Shown: positions 12,804 through 23,862 of the stretch, in pieces | Position numbering within the stretch: the stretch's first letter is position 1 | Layout: each line of letters begins with the position of its first letter | NCBI GenBank assembly: GCA_964016885.1 | Contig: OZ024741.1 | Location: 168,454,001 to 168,518,000, forward strand | Reading direction: 5' to 3' | From: Eledone cirrhosa | Lineage: Eukaryota | DNA: 64,000 bases | Translations under genes and position numbers: made by a program | Notes under the pieces: model-generated | Seen by the model: the letters and a program-made list of their open reading frames with translations, nothing else | Database searches by the model: none | What the model was told of the DNA's origin: nothing

Positions 12804-15034
12804 CTCTTTGAGTCTCGGTCATTGATGTTAGTTAACTGGAAAGTTTGTTGAAATGAATATCAAGCCACTACCTGCAGCCTCAGATATTCAGGACGTATCA
12901 GAGGGTTCTTGCTGTTCCCAGCAAGCATGCCTTTTGAAGCGTTCCAAAAAGCGTGAAGGGGCCAATTTTCTTTAAGCATCCCTGGAAACTTTTTGAGATA
13001 GTCCCTAGTGCGCCTATGACAATCGGGATCACTTTGACTTCATGGCAGTTCCAAATCCTTTTTACCTCCCACTTTAAGTCTTGGTATCGGTTAATTTTCT
13101 CCCTCTCCTTCTCTTGCACTCTCGTGTCGAATGGGCAGGCTACATCCACAATCAGGCACGATCTTTTTTCTTTGTCCAAAACCACCAGGTCAGGTCTATT
13201 GTGTTCCAGTTTCTTGTCCGTCTGTATCCTAAAATCCCACAGCACCTTCACCTGATCGTTTTCTATCACCGACTCTGGCCTATGCTCATACCATTTCTCA
13301 GAATGTGGTAAATTGTTTACTTTGCACAGGTGCCAGTGGATCACCCTGCCCATCACATCATGTCTCCAGCCCTTATAGTGAGTCTGGGCTAGGTGTTTAC
13401 ACTCGGATACAATGTGAGCCACAGTCTCCTCTCTCTCTCCACAGATCCTGCACAGTGGACTAGCCTCCTCCTTGTAAATGTGGTGTTTCAACCACTTCGT
13501 TTTGAGGGCCTGCTCCTGCGCAGCCATTAACATTCCTTCTGTAGCCTTTTTAAGGTCTCCTCTTTTCAACCATTTCCATGTGTGTGGATCTCTAAATTCA
13601 GTTCTCTCAAAGAAGGTACTATGAAGGGATTTTTCCTGAAGGCTGCTCTTTCTCCTTGATGTTATTTCCTCCTTGGACATCCCCTGGCCTACTGTCCCCT
13701 CCTTCAGTACAGTTCTGAGCATTGGCTCCTTACTATCAGTCACGTATTTGTGTAGGTTGTTTTTCTCCATCTGAACACAATCCTCTATGCTGATAAGACC
13801 TCTTCCACCCTCAGATCTCCTTAAGTAGAGTCTATCGACATCACTCCTCTTGTGGAACATGTTGTAGATAGTCAATAGCTTCCTAGTCTTCCTATCCATT
13901 TCTTTTTGTTCAGCAACATTCCATCTCAGAATTCCTGCACTGTACCTAATAATAGACACAGCTCGGGAATTTACTGCACTTATGGCATTCCTACTGTTCA
14001 GATGTGAGTTTAATACGCTCCTTACTCTCCGAAGGTATTCAGTTCTTATCAATTCCTTCATCTTTTTGTTCTTGATGTCATCAGCCTCCAGAACGCCCAA
14101 ATACTTGTATCCTTCCTCAGAGTCAATTTCCTTTATCATCTCACCTGTTGGTATCTGGATTCCGTTACTTCTGCTCAACTTACCCCTCCTCATCACAATG
14201 ACTCCACACTTACTAATACCAAATTGCATACATATATCATTGCTGAAAATACGGACAGTGTCAACAAGCACATCCAACTCATTCTCACTCTTCCCGAAGA
14301 GCTTAAGATCGTCCATGAAGAGGAGGTGATTGATGGTAAGCCCTCCCTTTCCCAACTTGTATCCTGCTCTCACTTTTCGCAGTACACTGGTCAGGGGCAT
14401 CAGGGCAAGGACAAACAACAGAGGGGACAGACTATCTCCCTGGAAGATACCTCTCTTGACCTTCACGCTTCCCAAGGATTCTCCAGTTGATGTTAACTCT
14501 GTTTCCCAGGACTTCATACTTTTGCCCAACAACTGTCTGATGTTATCTGCCACTTTGAAGATCTCCAGGCTTTTGGTGATCCAAGAATGAGGCACCATGT
14601 CAAATGCCTTTTTGTAGTCTATCCATCCCATGGCAAGACCAGTGTGTCTCCTCTTGCAATTCCTCATTACCATCTTATCAATAAGTAACTGGTCCTTTGT
14701 ACCACGTGACTTCTTTTGGCATCCTTTCTGTTCGTCCGGTAACAAGTTGTTTGTGTGGAGGTGATGGTAGATTTCCTCAGACATAATGCTTGTCAACAGT
14801 TTCCACATTACGGACAGGCATGTGATAGGTCTATAGTTGGTAACATCATTACCCTTGATTCGGTCTTTCATTATCAGAACTGTGGTACCTTTTGTCAACC
14901 ACTCTGGTACCTCACCTGACATCAAGCAGTCATTGAACATGGTTGTCAGTTTCGGGTGGAGGGATGTTATATTCTTAATCCAATACCCCTGCACACCATC
15001 TGGGCCTGGTGATTTCCAGTTGGTTAGTTTTTTT
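12804..15034 (-). mobile_element. R4/Dong-clade RLE non-LTR retrotransposon (family 1), 5'-truncated, young
   Basis: Continuous RT plus CCHC plus PD-(D/E)xK endonuclease frame. The 3' UTR ends in (TAA)n in element orientation, the known Dong target. Confidence 0.93.
12898..15034 (-). CDS. reverse transcriptase - CCHC zinc finger - restriction-like endonuclease (Dong ORF, N-terminally truncated)
   Basis: NWKSPGPDG, NYRPITCL, DYKKAFD, GIFQGDSLSPLLF, LFMDDLKL, YKYLG, CRICG..ETVAHIVSEC, RHD, RPDLVV..DVACPFD. The stop is 6 codons early relative to the copy at 42072. The ORF-track N-terminus (MLLTMA) is antisense Tx1 sequence. Confidence 0.9.
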
Positions 15035-17871
15035 GGGGCCATCGTCAACAACAAGTGGTGGTTTGCTCTGAAAAGAGCGATATAGAATAGAGTCCATTAG
15101 GTTTAGTAAGGCTTTAGCAATAGAGAAAAATAGAGCAGAGGGAGAACTAGTTAGAAAATTAGACGAGGCGCTTAGCAAAGGCATCGCAACCGACGTACTT
15201 GCGGCGAAATTGGCCCTTGACCAATTCTTCAAAGCAAAGCACAAAGGCTGTGTTGTCAGAGCTAGGGTGCGTGCTCTCAGACACGAGGGGACGAAAGCCG
15301 TTCAATGGGCCCGAGTGGCAGAGGTGCGTCGTAGCAACAAAGCCACGATCCGGTCTTTGGTGGACCACGACGGGCGCATGCTACTCGATCTCTGGCAAAT
15401 GTGTGAAGCTTTTCAGCGACACTTCGCACAGCTGTACGGGGGCAGCGGCGGGCTGGATCGAAGGATGGACTTTAGTGTCTATCTCGAGGGACTGCTGCGG
15501 CTCTCGGCCACAAAGGCGGAGCGTTGCGAAAAGCCAATAACAGCCGCTGAAGTACGGGAGGCAATGACTGGCTGCCCAAGGGGTAAATCGCCTGGTTTGG
15601 TGGTCTGCCTTATGAACTTTACGTACAGATGCCAGACTTGTTCGGAGGCCTCTTGGCGGACGTCTACTGCAACTGGTAACAGAACGGGAGAATTCCCAGC
15701 TCTGTGAGCCGAGGAGCTGTGGTGCTGCTGAGAAAGGATCCGAACAAGGTGGATAACATAGATAATTTTAGGTCCATAACTCTGCTAAACACAGAGTTCA
15801 AGATTTTGGCCAAGGTGCTAGCAAAGAGGTTGGCGCTTGTCGTTGGTGGTCTGGTGGGAGAGGCGCAGACATGCGCTATTCCCGACAGATCCATCCATGA
15901 CAACCTCCACCTCATGCGATTCATCGTAGAGAGGGTAGCTAGGGAACCTGGCACGGGTGGGTCCTTGATCAATTTAGATCAGTCGAAAGCTTTCGATAGG
16001 GTCGACCATTGTTACCTAGCGGCAGTCCTGAAGGCGGCTGGCTTTGGGCTCGTCTTCAGAGGCTGGATCGCTGCCAGGCACAGTGACATCTGCTTTGTGG
16101 TGAGAGTGAACGGTCACCTTTCGGAACCGTTCAACATCATGCGCTCGGTCCGACAAGGATGTCCCCTCTCGTCCCTCTTGTACGTATTGACTCTCGAGCC
16201 ATTACTGCACAAACTGGAGACGTTGAGGGGCGTCCCGCGCGAACTAGGATGCGGAAGATCGTGTCAGCATATGCGGACGATGTCACCGTAGTGGTGTCGA
16301 ACGCCAAACACATCGAGGCGATCGGCACTACACTAAGAGAATACGAAGCGGTGACAGGAGCAATGATCAACCAGGAAAAGTCAGTGGGCCTGCAGTTCGG
16401 CACCTGGAGAGGCATGTCCATGCCGTCCAACAGCGTTGTCGGGCGCTGGACGACGGACAGATTAAATTGCTAGGGGTCTGGTTCGGTCCGGACCTCCAGA
16501 CGGACAAAAACTGGGATGAGGTAACGAGCAGGGTGGCTTCTCTCACCCAGAAATGGGCGCAGGGGAGGTGGCTAACGCGTACATCGCGCTCGTCATCTAC
16601 TACCGCCTGACCGTCGTACCTTGTCCTAAGCCCCGCCAGACTGCGCTGGAGCGTTTGCTCTTTCGCTTTTTGTGGAAGGGACGCGCTCCGATGGTCAGGC
16701 GGTTCATCTGCTGTCAACACCCGCTACGTGGAGGGCTGGGCATACCGTGGCTGATGATGCGCAGACACGCGCTCAGGCTACGACATCTCCACCTCTTCCT
16801 CGACGGTGCTCAGGTGTGGTCGCCGTTTGCTAGACGCGTCTTTCCACAGCTCGTCTCCTTTACGGAGCTGCAGTCCTGGGTCAAGCGAAGACCGAGAGGG
16901 AGCGCTTGGAGACTGGAATGTCTTCAGGCATTCACGCCCTCGGCAAATCGGGCAATGTGATCGGTGGAAACTCCACCTTGGCGTTCTATAGAGGATTAGT
17001 GGAGGGGAAGAGTGACGACGTACTTGGGGAAACTCTAGGCGTCGACAAAAATCAACTAGCCAATCTCTTCGGAAGAACTTTGGGGCCGGGGCCTATGGAC
17101 AACTTCCAGAAATCCCTGGCCTGGCAGTGCTACCGAGGAGCATTGCCAGTTCGGGATAAACTCTACAGGCATGGAGGTGCCGTCAGCCGGGCATGTCCGA
17201 GATGCGCGCAGGGCGACGAAACCGTCCTGCACGCACTCGTCCAGTGTCCGAGCGTTGCTGACTTGTGGGTTTATGTCGAACACCTGCTGTCGCGTGTAGG
17301 ACGGATCCAGCTATCAGCTGAGTCCATCGTGAGGATTGTCCCGCCCTCTTCCTTTAGCCGGGAAGGGCAGGCAGTTTTTATCTGTCTGGTGGCCATGGCA
17401 AACGTGATAGAATGGTGGATACGATTGAAAGGGCTGAAGACGAACACTTACCTCTTCGGTGATGCCCTGATTAACTTTTTCAAATTTCATTTGAAAAGGA
17501 AAATCAGGGTAGAGAGGGAAGTGCTCTCTTCCCAGCATTTTGTTGAAAGATGGGTGAGAGAGGCAAGAATGGCCCGAGTGAATGGGCCTACTCTGAGTAT
17601 GTGTTTGTAAATTAAAGGTGGAAAACTGGGAAAGGGCACTTGCCCTGGTGGTCAGGCTTACTGTGGCCTTTTAATGGGCTTTCTCCACAAATGTCCCTCG
17701 GAAGTCTCCCCCCTATTGGGGAATTTATCATTGTTATTTTTTTGTTACATCCTCTGTTTTTGTTTTTTTACACGCAGAAATACCCATTTGTACCGTCTTG
17801 TATTGTCCTGTACTGTCCTTAATGTCTACTTTATGTAAACCCTTGTGGTTAATAAAGAAAGCATTATTATT
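15035..17871 (+). mobile_element. L1/Tx1-clade LINE copy 1 (subfamily A), 5'-truncated, frameshifted
   Basis: GKSPG, NFRSITLLN, DQSKAFDRVDH, RQGCPLS, SAYADDV, CPRC..ETVLHALVQC. The 3' UTR ends ccttgtggttaataaagaaagc(att)n. Confidence 0.93.
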
Positions 17872-17976
17872 TGACTTTGCCTTTCATCCTTACGGGTTCG
17901 ATAAAATAAAGTACCAGTAATGCACTGGGTTATTGCTGGCCTTGTGCCTAAAGTAGAAACAATTATTATTATTATT
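17872..17976 (+). mobile_element. SINE family A 3' half with (ATT)n tail
   Basis: Core and terminus match family A. It directly follows the Tx1 tail. Confidence 0.9.
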
Positions 17977-18079
17977 AATGTAACAATTTCTTTTACTATG
18001 TTTAACTTTTTATTTTTACTCACCAATTAATTTGTCAGAGTTAAACAATATTGGAAAAATGAGTAGATATCAATCTTAT

Positions 18080-18228
18080 ATATAAATATATATATATATA
18101 TGTATATACACACACCACACACATATATATAGAGCTAGACAGTGAATCTACATATGTATACATCATTACCGTCATTTTGCGTCTGTTAAAAAAATGATAA
18201 TGTTGATGTACACATATGTAGATGTATC

Positions 18229-18301
<73 letters not shown>

Positions 18302-18500
18302 GTGTGTGTGTGTGTATGTATGTACCTATGTATTTATATTTATATATATATATATCTCTCTCTATATATATACATATACACATACATATATACACACATA
18401 TATACACACATATATATATAATATACATACATACACACAGGCACATATACACATAAATATGTACACATACACACACATATGCACATATATATATATAATG
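18080..18500. repeat. compound TA/TG/CA microsatellite
   Basis: Direct dinucleotide runs. Confidence 0.9.
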
Positions 18501-18877
18501 TTAACATTTAAGATAAGATCGACTTAATGCATCTCTATATTTTAGTATGGAATAGATAAGAGTACAGTAAGGAGAACAACTATAATGGAATAGAGAATGA
18601 AAAAAAACTGTCAGAATCTCATACTTTTCCATGCTTTAAGATGGCAAAAGTAGAAAAGTAGGACTAAAACTACCAATATAATTACAATTTCCTAATCTTC
18701 TATTGATAATAATTTGATATTCCAATTGAATTAATTTGTAATGTAATATATTTATTTGGTTACTTTCAAACATGAATTGTAAGGTTTATGTGAAACATTA
18801 TCAGATATGTGGTTATGATTAGCAATATAGGAGTGAAAACTAGAATAGTTAATATATATATATATATATATATATAT

Positions 18878-19000
18878 CGCTGAAGCTCATGGAGGAGATG
18901 ACAAAGGACTGTGACGTATGGAGAGATGCCGTGCTTAATAGGACCCGTCCCACCCTTGCAAGCAGGGAAAAGCGGACGCAAAATAATGATGATGATGATG
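18878..19000 (+). mobile_element. RTE LINE extreme 3' end with (GAT)n tail
   Basis: EEMTKDCDVWRDAVLNRTRPTLASREKRT, matching 52437-52694. Flanked by (TA)n. Confidence 0.85.
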
Positions 19001-19014
19001 ATATATATTTATAT

Positions 19015-19017
<3 letters not shown>

Positions 19018-19051
<34 letters not shown>

Positions 19052-20670
19052 CTTTCTTATTAACCACAAGGGTTTACATAAAGTAGACATTAAGGACAGT
19101 ACAGGACAATACAGGGCGATACAAATGGACATTTCTGCGTGTAAAAAACAAGAAACAGAGGATGTAATAATAGAACAATGAAAAAATTCTCCAATAGGGG
19201 GGAGACTTCCGAAGGACATTCGTGGAGAAAGCCCATTAAAAAGCCACAGTGACCCTGGCCACCAGGGCAAGTGCCCTCTCCCAGTTTTCCACCTTTAATT
19301 TACAGACACATACTCAGAGTAGGCCCATTCACTCGGGCCATACTTGCTTCTCTCACCCATCTTTCAACAAAATGCTGGGAAGAGAGCACTTCTCTCTCTA
19401 CCCTGATTTTCCTTTTCAAATGAAATTTGAAAAAGTTAATCAGGACATCACCGAAGAGTAAGTGCTCGTCTTCAGCCCTTTCAAACGTGTCCACCATACT
19501 ATCTCTTTCACCATGGCCACCAGACAGATAAAAACTGCCTGCCCTTCCCGGCTAAAGGAAGAAGGCGGGACAATCCTCACGATGGACTCAGCTGATAGCC
19601 GGATCCGTCCTACACGTGACAGCAGGTGTTCGACATAAACCCACAAGTCAGCAATGCTCGGACACTGGACGAGTACGTGCAGGACGGTTTCGTCGCCCTG
19701 CGCGCATCTCGGACATGCCCGGCTGACGGCACCTCCATGCCTGTAGAGTTTATCCCGAACTGGCAAAGCTCCTCGGTAGCACTGCCAGGCCAGGGATTTC
19801 TGGAAGTTGTCCATAGGCCCCAGCCCGAAAGTCCTTCTGAAGAGATTGGCTAGTTTATTTTCGTCGACGCCTAGAGTTTCTCCAAGTACGACATCTCGCT
19901 CTTCCCCTCCACTAATCCTCTATAGAACGCCAAGGTGGAGTTTCCACCGATCACATTGCCCGATTTGCCGAGGGCGTGAATGCCTGAAGACATTCCAGTC
20001 TCCAAGCGCTCCCTCTCGGTCTTCGCTTGAACCAGGACTGCAGCTCCGTAAAGGAGACGAGCTGGGGAAAGAGGCGTCTAGCAAACGGCGACCACACCTG
20101 AGCACCGTCGAGGAAGAGGTGGAGATGTCGTAGCTTGAACGCGTGTCTGCGCATCATCAGCCACGGTATGCCCACCCCTCCACGTAGCGTGTGTTAACAG
20201 CAGATGGACCGTCTGACCATCGGACCGCGTCCCTTCCACAAAAAGCGAAAGAGCAAACGCTCCAGCGCAGTCTGGCGGGGCTTAGGACAAGGTACGACGG
20301 TCAGGCGGTAGTAGATGACGGGCGCGATGTACGCGTTAGCCACCTCCGCTCGACCTTTCAGGGATAGCTTCCTCTGCGCCCATTTCTGGGTGAGAGAAGC
20401 CACCCTGCTCGTCACCTCGTCCCAGTTTTTGTCCGTCTGGAGGTCCGGACCGAACCAGACCCCTAGCAATTTAATCGGTCCGTCTGTCCAGCGCCGACGG
20501 TCCGCCTGTCCAGGTGCCGAGCTGCAGGCCCACTGACTTTCCCTGGTTGATCATTGCTCCAGTCACCGCTTCGTATTCTCTTAGTGTAGTGCCAATCGCC
20601 TCGATGTGTTTGGCGTTCGACACCATTACGGTGACATCGTCCGCATATGCTGACACGGATCTTCCGCATC
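19018..20670 (-). mobile_element. L1/Tx1 copy 2 (subfamily A), 5'-truncated
   Basis: Reverse-complement match to 16250-17870, from SAYADDV through CPRC and the 3' UTR. (AAT)n tail at 19018-19050. Confidence 0.93.
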
Positions 20671-20879
20671 TGAGTATAACCGAAGTTGTAGCTGCGATTA
20701 GCAGGTTCGGAAATTGATTTCTTGGAGGCTGTCATGAAGAACTCAGTGAGATGAAACCATCAATATATATATATAAAGGTTGAATTGTTAAATCTTCATT
20801 ACGTGTATTGAGGTATGACATGCATTTCACGATTGATCAGCTCAAGGTTCGATCTGTTCAATATACGTAATTCTTCCTA

Positions 20880-22133
20880 AGAAGGAATATGACGTCACTT
20901 TCAGCTTATATCTGCAGTCTAAAAGACAACCACACCCAATATAAGTTACACTGGGAGATCCTAGCTAGGGCTAGATCGTATAACGGAAATAAAAGACCAT
21001 GTGACCTCTGCGCCGCTGAGGTCCTGGAAATACTCTATGCCACAGACCACATCTTAAACAAAAAATCTGAGGCAATTTCGGCTTGTAAACATAAATTGTA
21101 CAAAACTTTCCTGTACTACAGCTCCACGTTATACCTTAATGGATAGTACGATTACGTGGATATGTTACGTCTTGATGTGGTAGCTAAGTATATGTTTTGT
21201 TTATACCATTACTTATTTGCAGAGGTAAGTATATTTTACCTGTATGTTTTGTGAAGGTACGTATACCTTCTCGTACGTATATTTGATTGTATATGTTGTG
21301 GCGTATAATTTTATATATTCTGGTACATATGGTTTGGTTATGTGTATACGGGAGTTTTGCGTCTGTGTGAGTATGCAGGTTCGTACGTATGTAGGGTGTG
21401 TGTATATGTGTACTTCATGTTTTGGTTGACTTACGTCTCCGAACATTTGTGTATTTACATGTAGGTATGTGGGTGCGCTTGTTATATACGTATTTATATA
21501 CGTTTATTTAATTATTTATTTATTTGTATACACGCATACACACACACACATATTTATATGTGCGTGGTTTTGTATATCTATGGTAAGTGTTTTCGCGTAT
21601 GCTTGTGTATGTAGGTATTTGTATGCGTGTATGTATTTATTTAATTTCTATTACCTCTGTATTGAATTTATTTACTTTGTTCTTAACTCTGAAGCGGAGA
21701 TTCATTCGGTCTCCTAGTTAGAATTTTAGTCTACGACTTCTGCTATACCATTTACCTGGTTTTGTCTTTGCGTGCAATTGTTCTCCACGCCCCACATATG
21801 ACGTATTATCTTCGTTTTTTTCGTTCATTGCCAGAGAACGTCTCTATGAACCACCTAAGAGAACATTAGTCTACGACCTCTTTTATACCATAAACGTGGT
21901 TCTGTCTTTGCGCGTAATTGTTTTTCACCGCTCCTATTAATGACGTATTATATTCGTTTTTTCCCGTTCTTTGCCAGGGAACGTTTCCACGAACCAAAGT
22001 ATCGTCTTCCTGTCTTCCTCCGGTTGCAACGTTTTTTGAAATATCCAGTTCTGCGTTTACAGATTGACTTTGTTAGTTTCAGAAGATCCCGTTAAGGGTG
22101 AAAGCAGCGATTCTTTGCTTAAACTTTAATCTT
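20880..22133 (+). mobile_element. Penelope-like element 3' remnant (GIY-YIG C-terminus plus pLTR)
   Basis: TSLSAYICSLKD..YKLHWEILARA.SY..CDLCAAE..LNKKSEAISACKH matches the C-terminus of PLE GIY-YIG endonucleases. A ~140-bp tandem duplication (21727-21995) and a hammerhead-like motif follow. Confidence 0.75.
22075..22125 (+). ncRNA. degenerate type I hammerhead ribozyme
   Basis: Stem I agttt/aaact. Core cAgaaga versus canonical cUgaNga. Stem II ccc-gttaa-ggg, then gaaa. Stem III agca/tgct, cleavage triplet CUU. Confidence 0.5.
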
Positions 22134-22162
22134 TTATTTTAATATATATATATATATATATT

Positions 22163-22510
22163 CAGGAAAAGCGGACGTTAAATGATAATGATGACCGAGA
22201 CCTCTGGCGTTATGCAGTAATAAAGTAGACTTCCCATGGGTACAAGCTGAAGCTGAAGGATATAGACAATATGCGCCCACCCCCTCCCACTGCAAAGTGG
22301 TTGTGGAGGTGCTACGGTAAAAAAGCATCCAGTAATCACTGTAAATGAGGTTTGTGTTAGGAAGGACATCAAGCTGTAGAAATCAAGCTAAAATCAGTTC
22401 CCGTATGCGCAAAACATGGTCACCCGACCTGGCATTGCCCTCAACAGGACAGCCCGTCTAACCCGTTCTAGCGGTGGAAGAATGGATGTAAAATGGTGAT
22501 GATGATGATT
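22163..22510 (+). mobile_element. RTE 3' UTR-derived fragments
   Basis: gaaaagcggacgttaaatgat, then ttaggaaggacatcaagctgtagaaa..ggatgtaaaatggtgatgatg, matching the 3' UTR at 3960-4350. Confidence 0.7.
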
Positions 22511-22519
22511 TATATATAT

Positions 22520-22558
22520 ATACCCATTCTCAGCCTTTTGGCTAAGATCAAAGTGTAG
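22520..22558 (+). pseudogene. U2 snRNA 5' fragment (3'-truncated retrocopy)
   Basis: ttctcagccttttggctaagatcaaagtgtag matches the conserved U2 5' end (TTCTCGGCCTTTTGGCTAAGATCAA(A)GTGTAG). It stops within the branch-point recognition sequence. Confidence 0.8.
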
Positions 22559-23160
22559 AATAGTTCAAATAAAAACATTTTAAAAAGTGTTTACATAGGA
22601 ATAAGAGCAGCAATATAGTAGATAGAGTGTCTGAGGGTGCAAAGAAGTTAAGCCTATTTTCCTGTCTATTTGGGGCTTTTGAAAGTGTTCTGCGGTAATT
22701 TGACAGGTATTGGTAAAGTAATTAGTGGCATAGGAGGTGCAGTGATGTCAAATTGTTGTGTTCCTTTTTTTCTTGTGGTGACCAGAAATAGAGGATGAAT
22801 GTTAAGGTTTCACTTTTGGTGTTCAAACAAGTGTTTGGCTCTAGTAAGTTTTTCAAAATAAGCCACCTTTCTGCAGAGTCCACAATTTCCATTAATATAG
22901 GTACAAACTAGTTCCATTAGTGTAGGTACAAACAAAAGAAAAGAGAAATCAAAACATAATGATAATACCTATAATAACAATTTGATATATTTATCCATTT
23001 TCAGTGGTTTCATAGATGTAACATGTCTAACTTCTTTAAATGCTTCTAAATAAGTAACAAGAAAAGGGAAATTGCATTATGGGACAACTTATAAAAGGAT
23101 TCAATTGCATTTATGCATTTTCAGTGGTTTGTCAGTAACATCAGTTCTATCCAGCTACTG

Positions 23161-23348
23161 ATAATTGTTTCTACTATTGGCACAAGGCCAGCAATTACCC
23201 AGTACATTACTGGTACTTTATTTTATCGACCCCGTAAGGATGAAAGGCAAAGTTAACCTCGGCGGCATTTGAACTCAGAATGGCAAGGGCCGTAACTCTA
23301 TGCGTCAAAGCATGGCGTCTGACTCTCTACTGATACAGCCAATTCACC
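23161..23348 (-). mobile_element. SINE family A (short form)
   Basis: Full reverse-complement match to family A. Confidence 0.9.
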
Positions 23349-23427
23349 GAGGAATATCGATGTCCTGATGGCACCATCAAGTTTTACCTGGCAGAGCAGT
23401 GACATCAGTTAATGTATAATGTGCTTT

Positions 23428-23862
23428 ATGATGATGATCATGATCATCACTGTTTTAACTCTGTTTTTCACACTTGCATGAGTTGGGTGACTTATGTTCT
23501 GAGTCTAGACAGGTTGAATATCCACATCTTGTACACATGTTACACTTTGTCAAAGTTTGACATGGTTTCTAAAATTGTTTACTCTTCCTAATGCCAACTA
23601 CATTACAGCATGTACTGTGTGCATTTTGTTGTAGCTCCAACACTACCATTTTACAGAAAGTAATGGGTGTACTTTATCATGGCACCAACACTACCATGTT
23701 GCAGAGTGAACTGAGTGCATTTTATCATGACCTCATAATTACCACTTTACAGAGCATACTGGGTATGATTTATTGTGGCACTAGCACTACCACTTTACAG
23801 AATGTACTGAGTGCATTTTGTCCTGACACCAGTACAGAGTGTAATGGGTGCATTTTATCATG
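23428..23862 (-). mobile_element. RTE 3' UTR-derived repeat with ~43-bp tandem units
   Basis: Repeated accactttacagag..tgcattttatcatg is the reverse complement of the ctgtaaagtgg units. Confidence 0.55.

Noticed and set aside
12953-15085. Plus-strand ORFs over the Dong element (and antisense ORFs over Tx1 copies)
   Set aside because: They are antisense shadows of the retrotransposon ORFs with no independent motifs.
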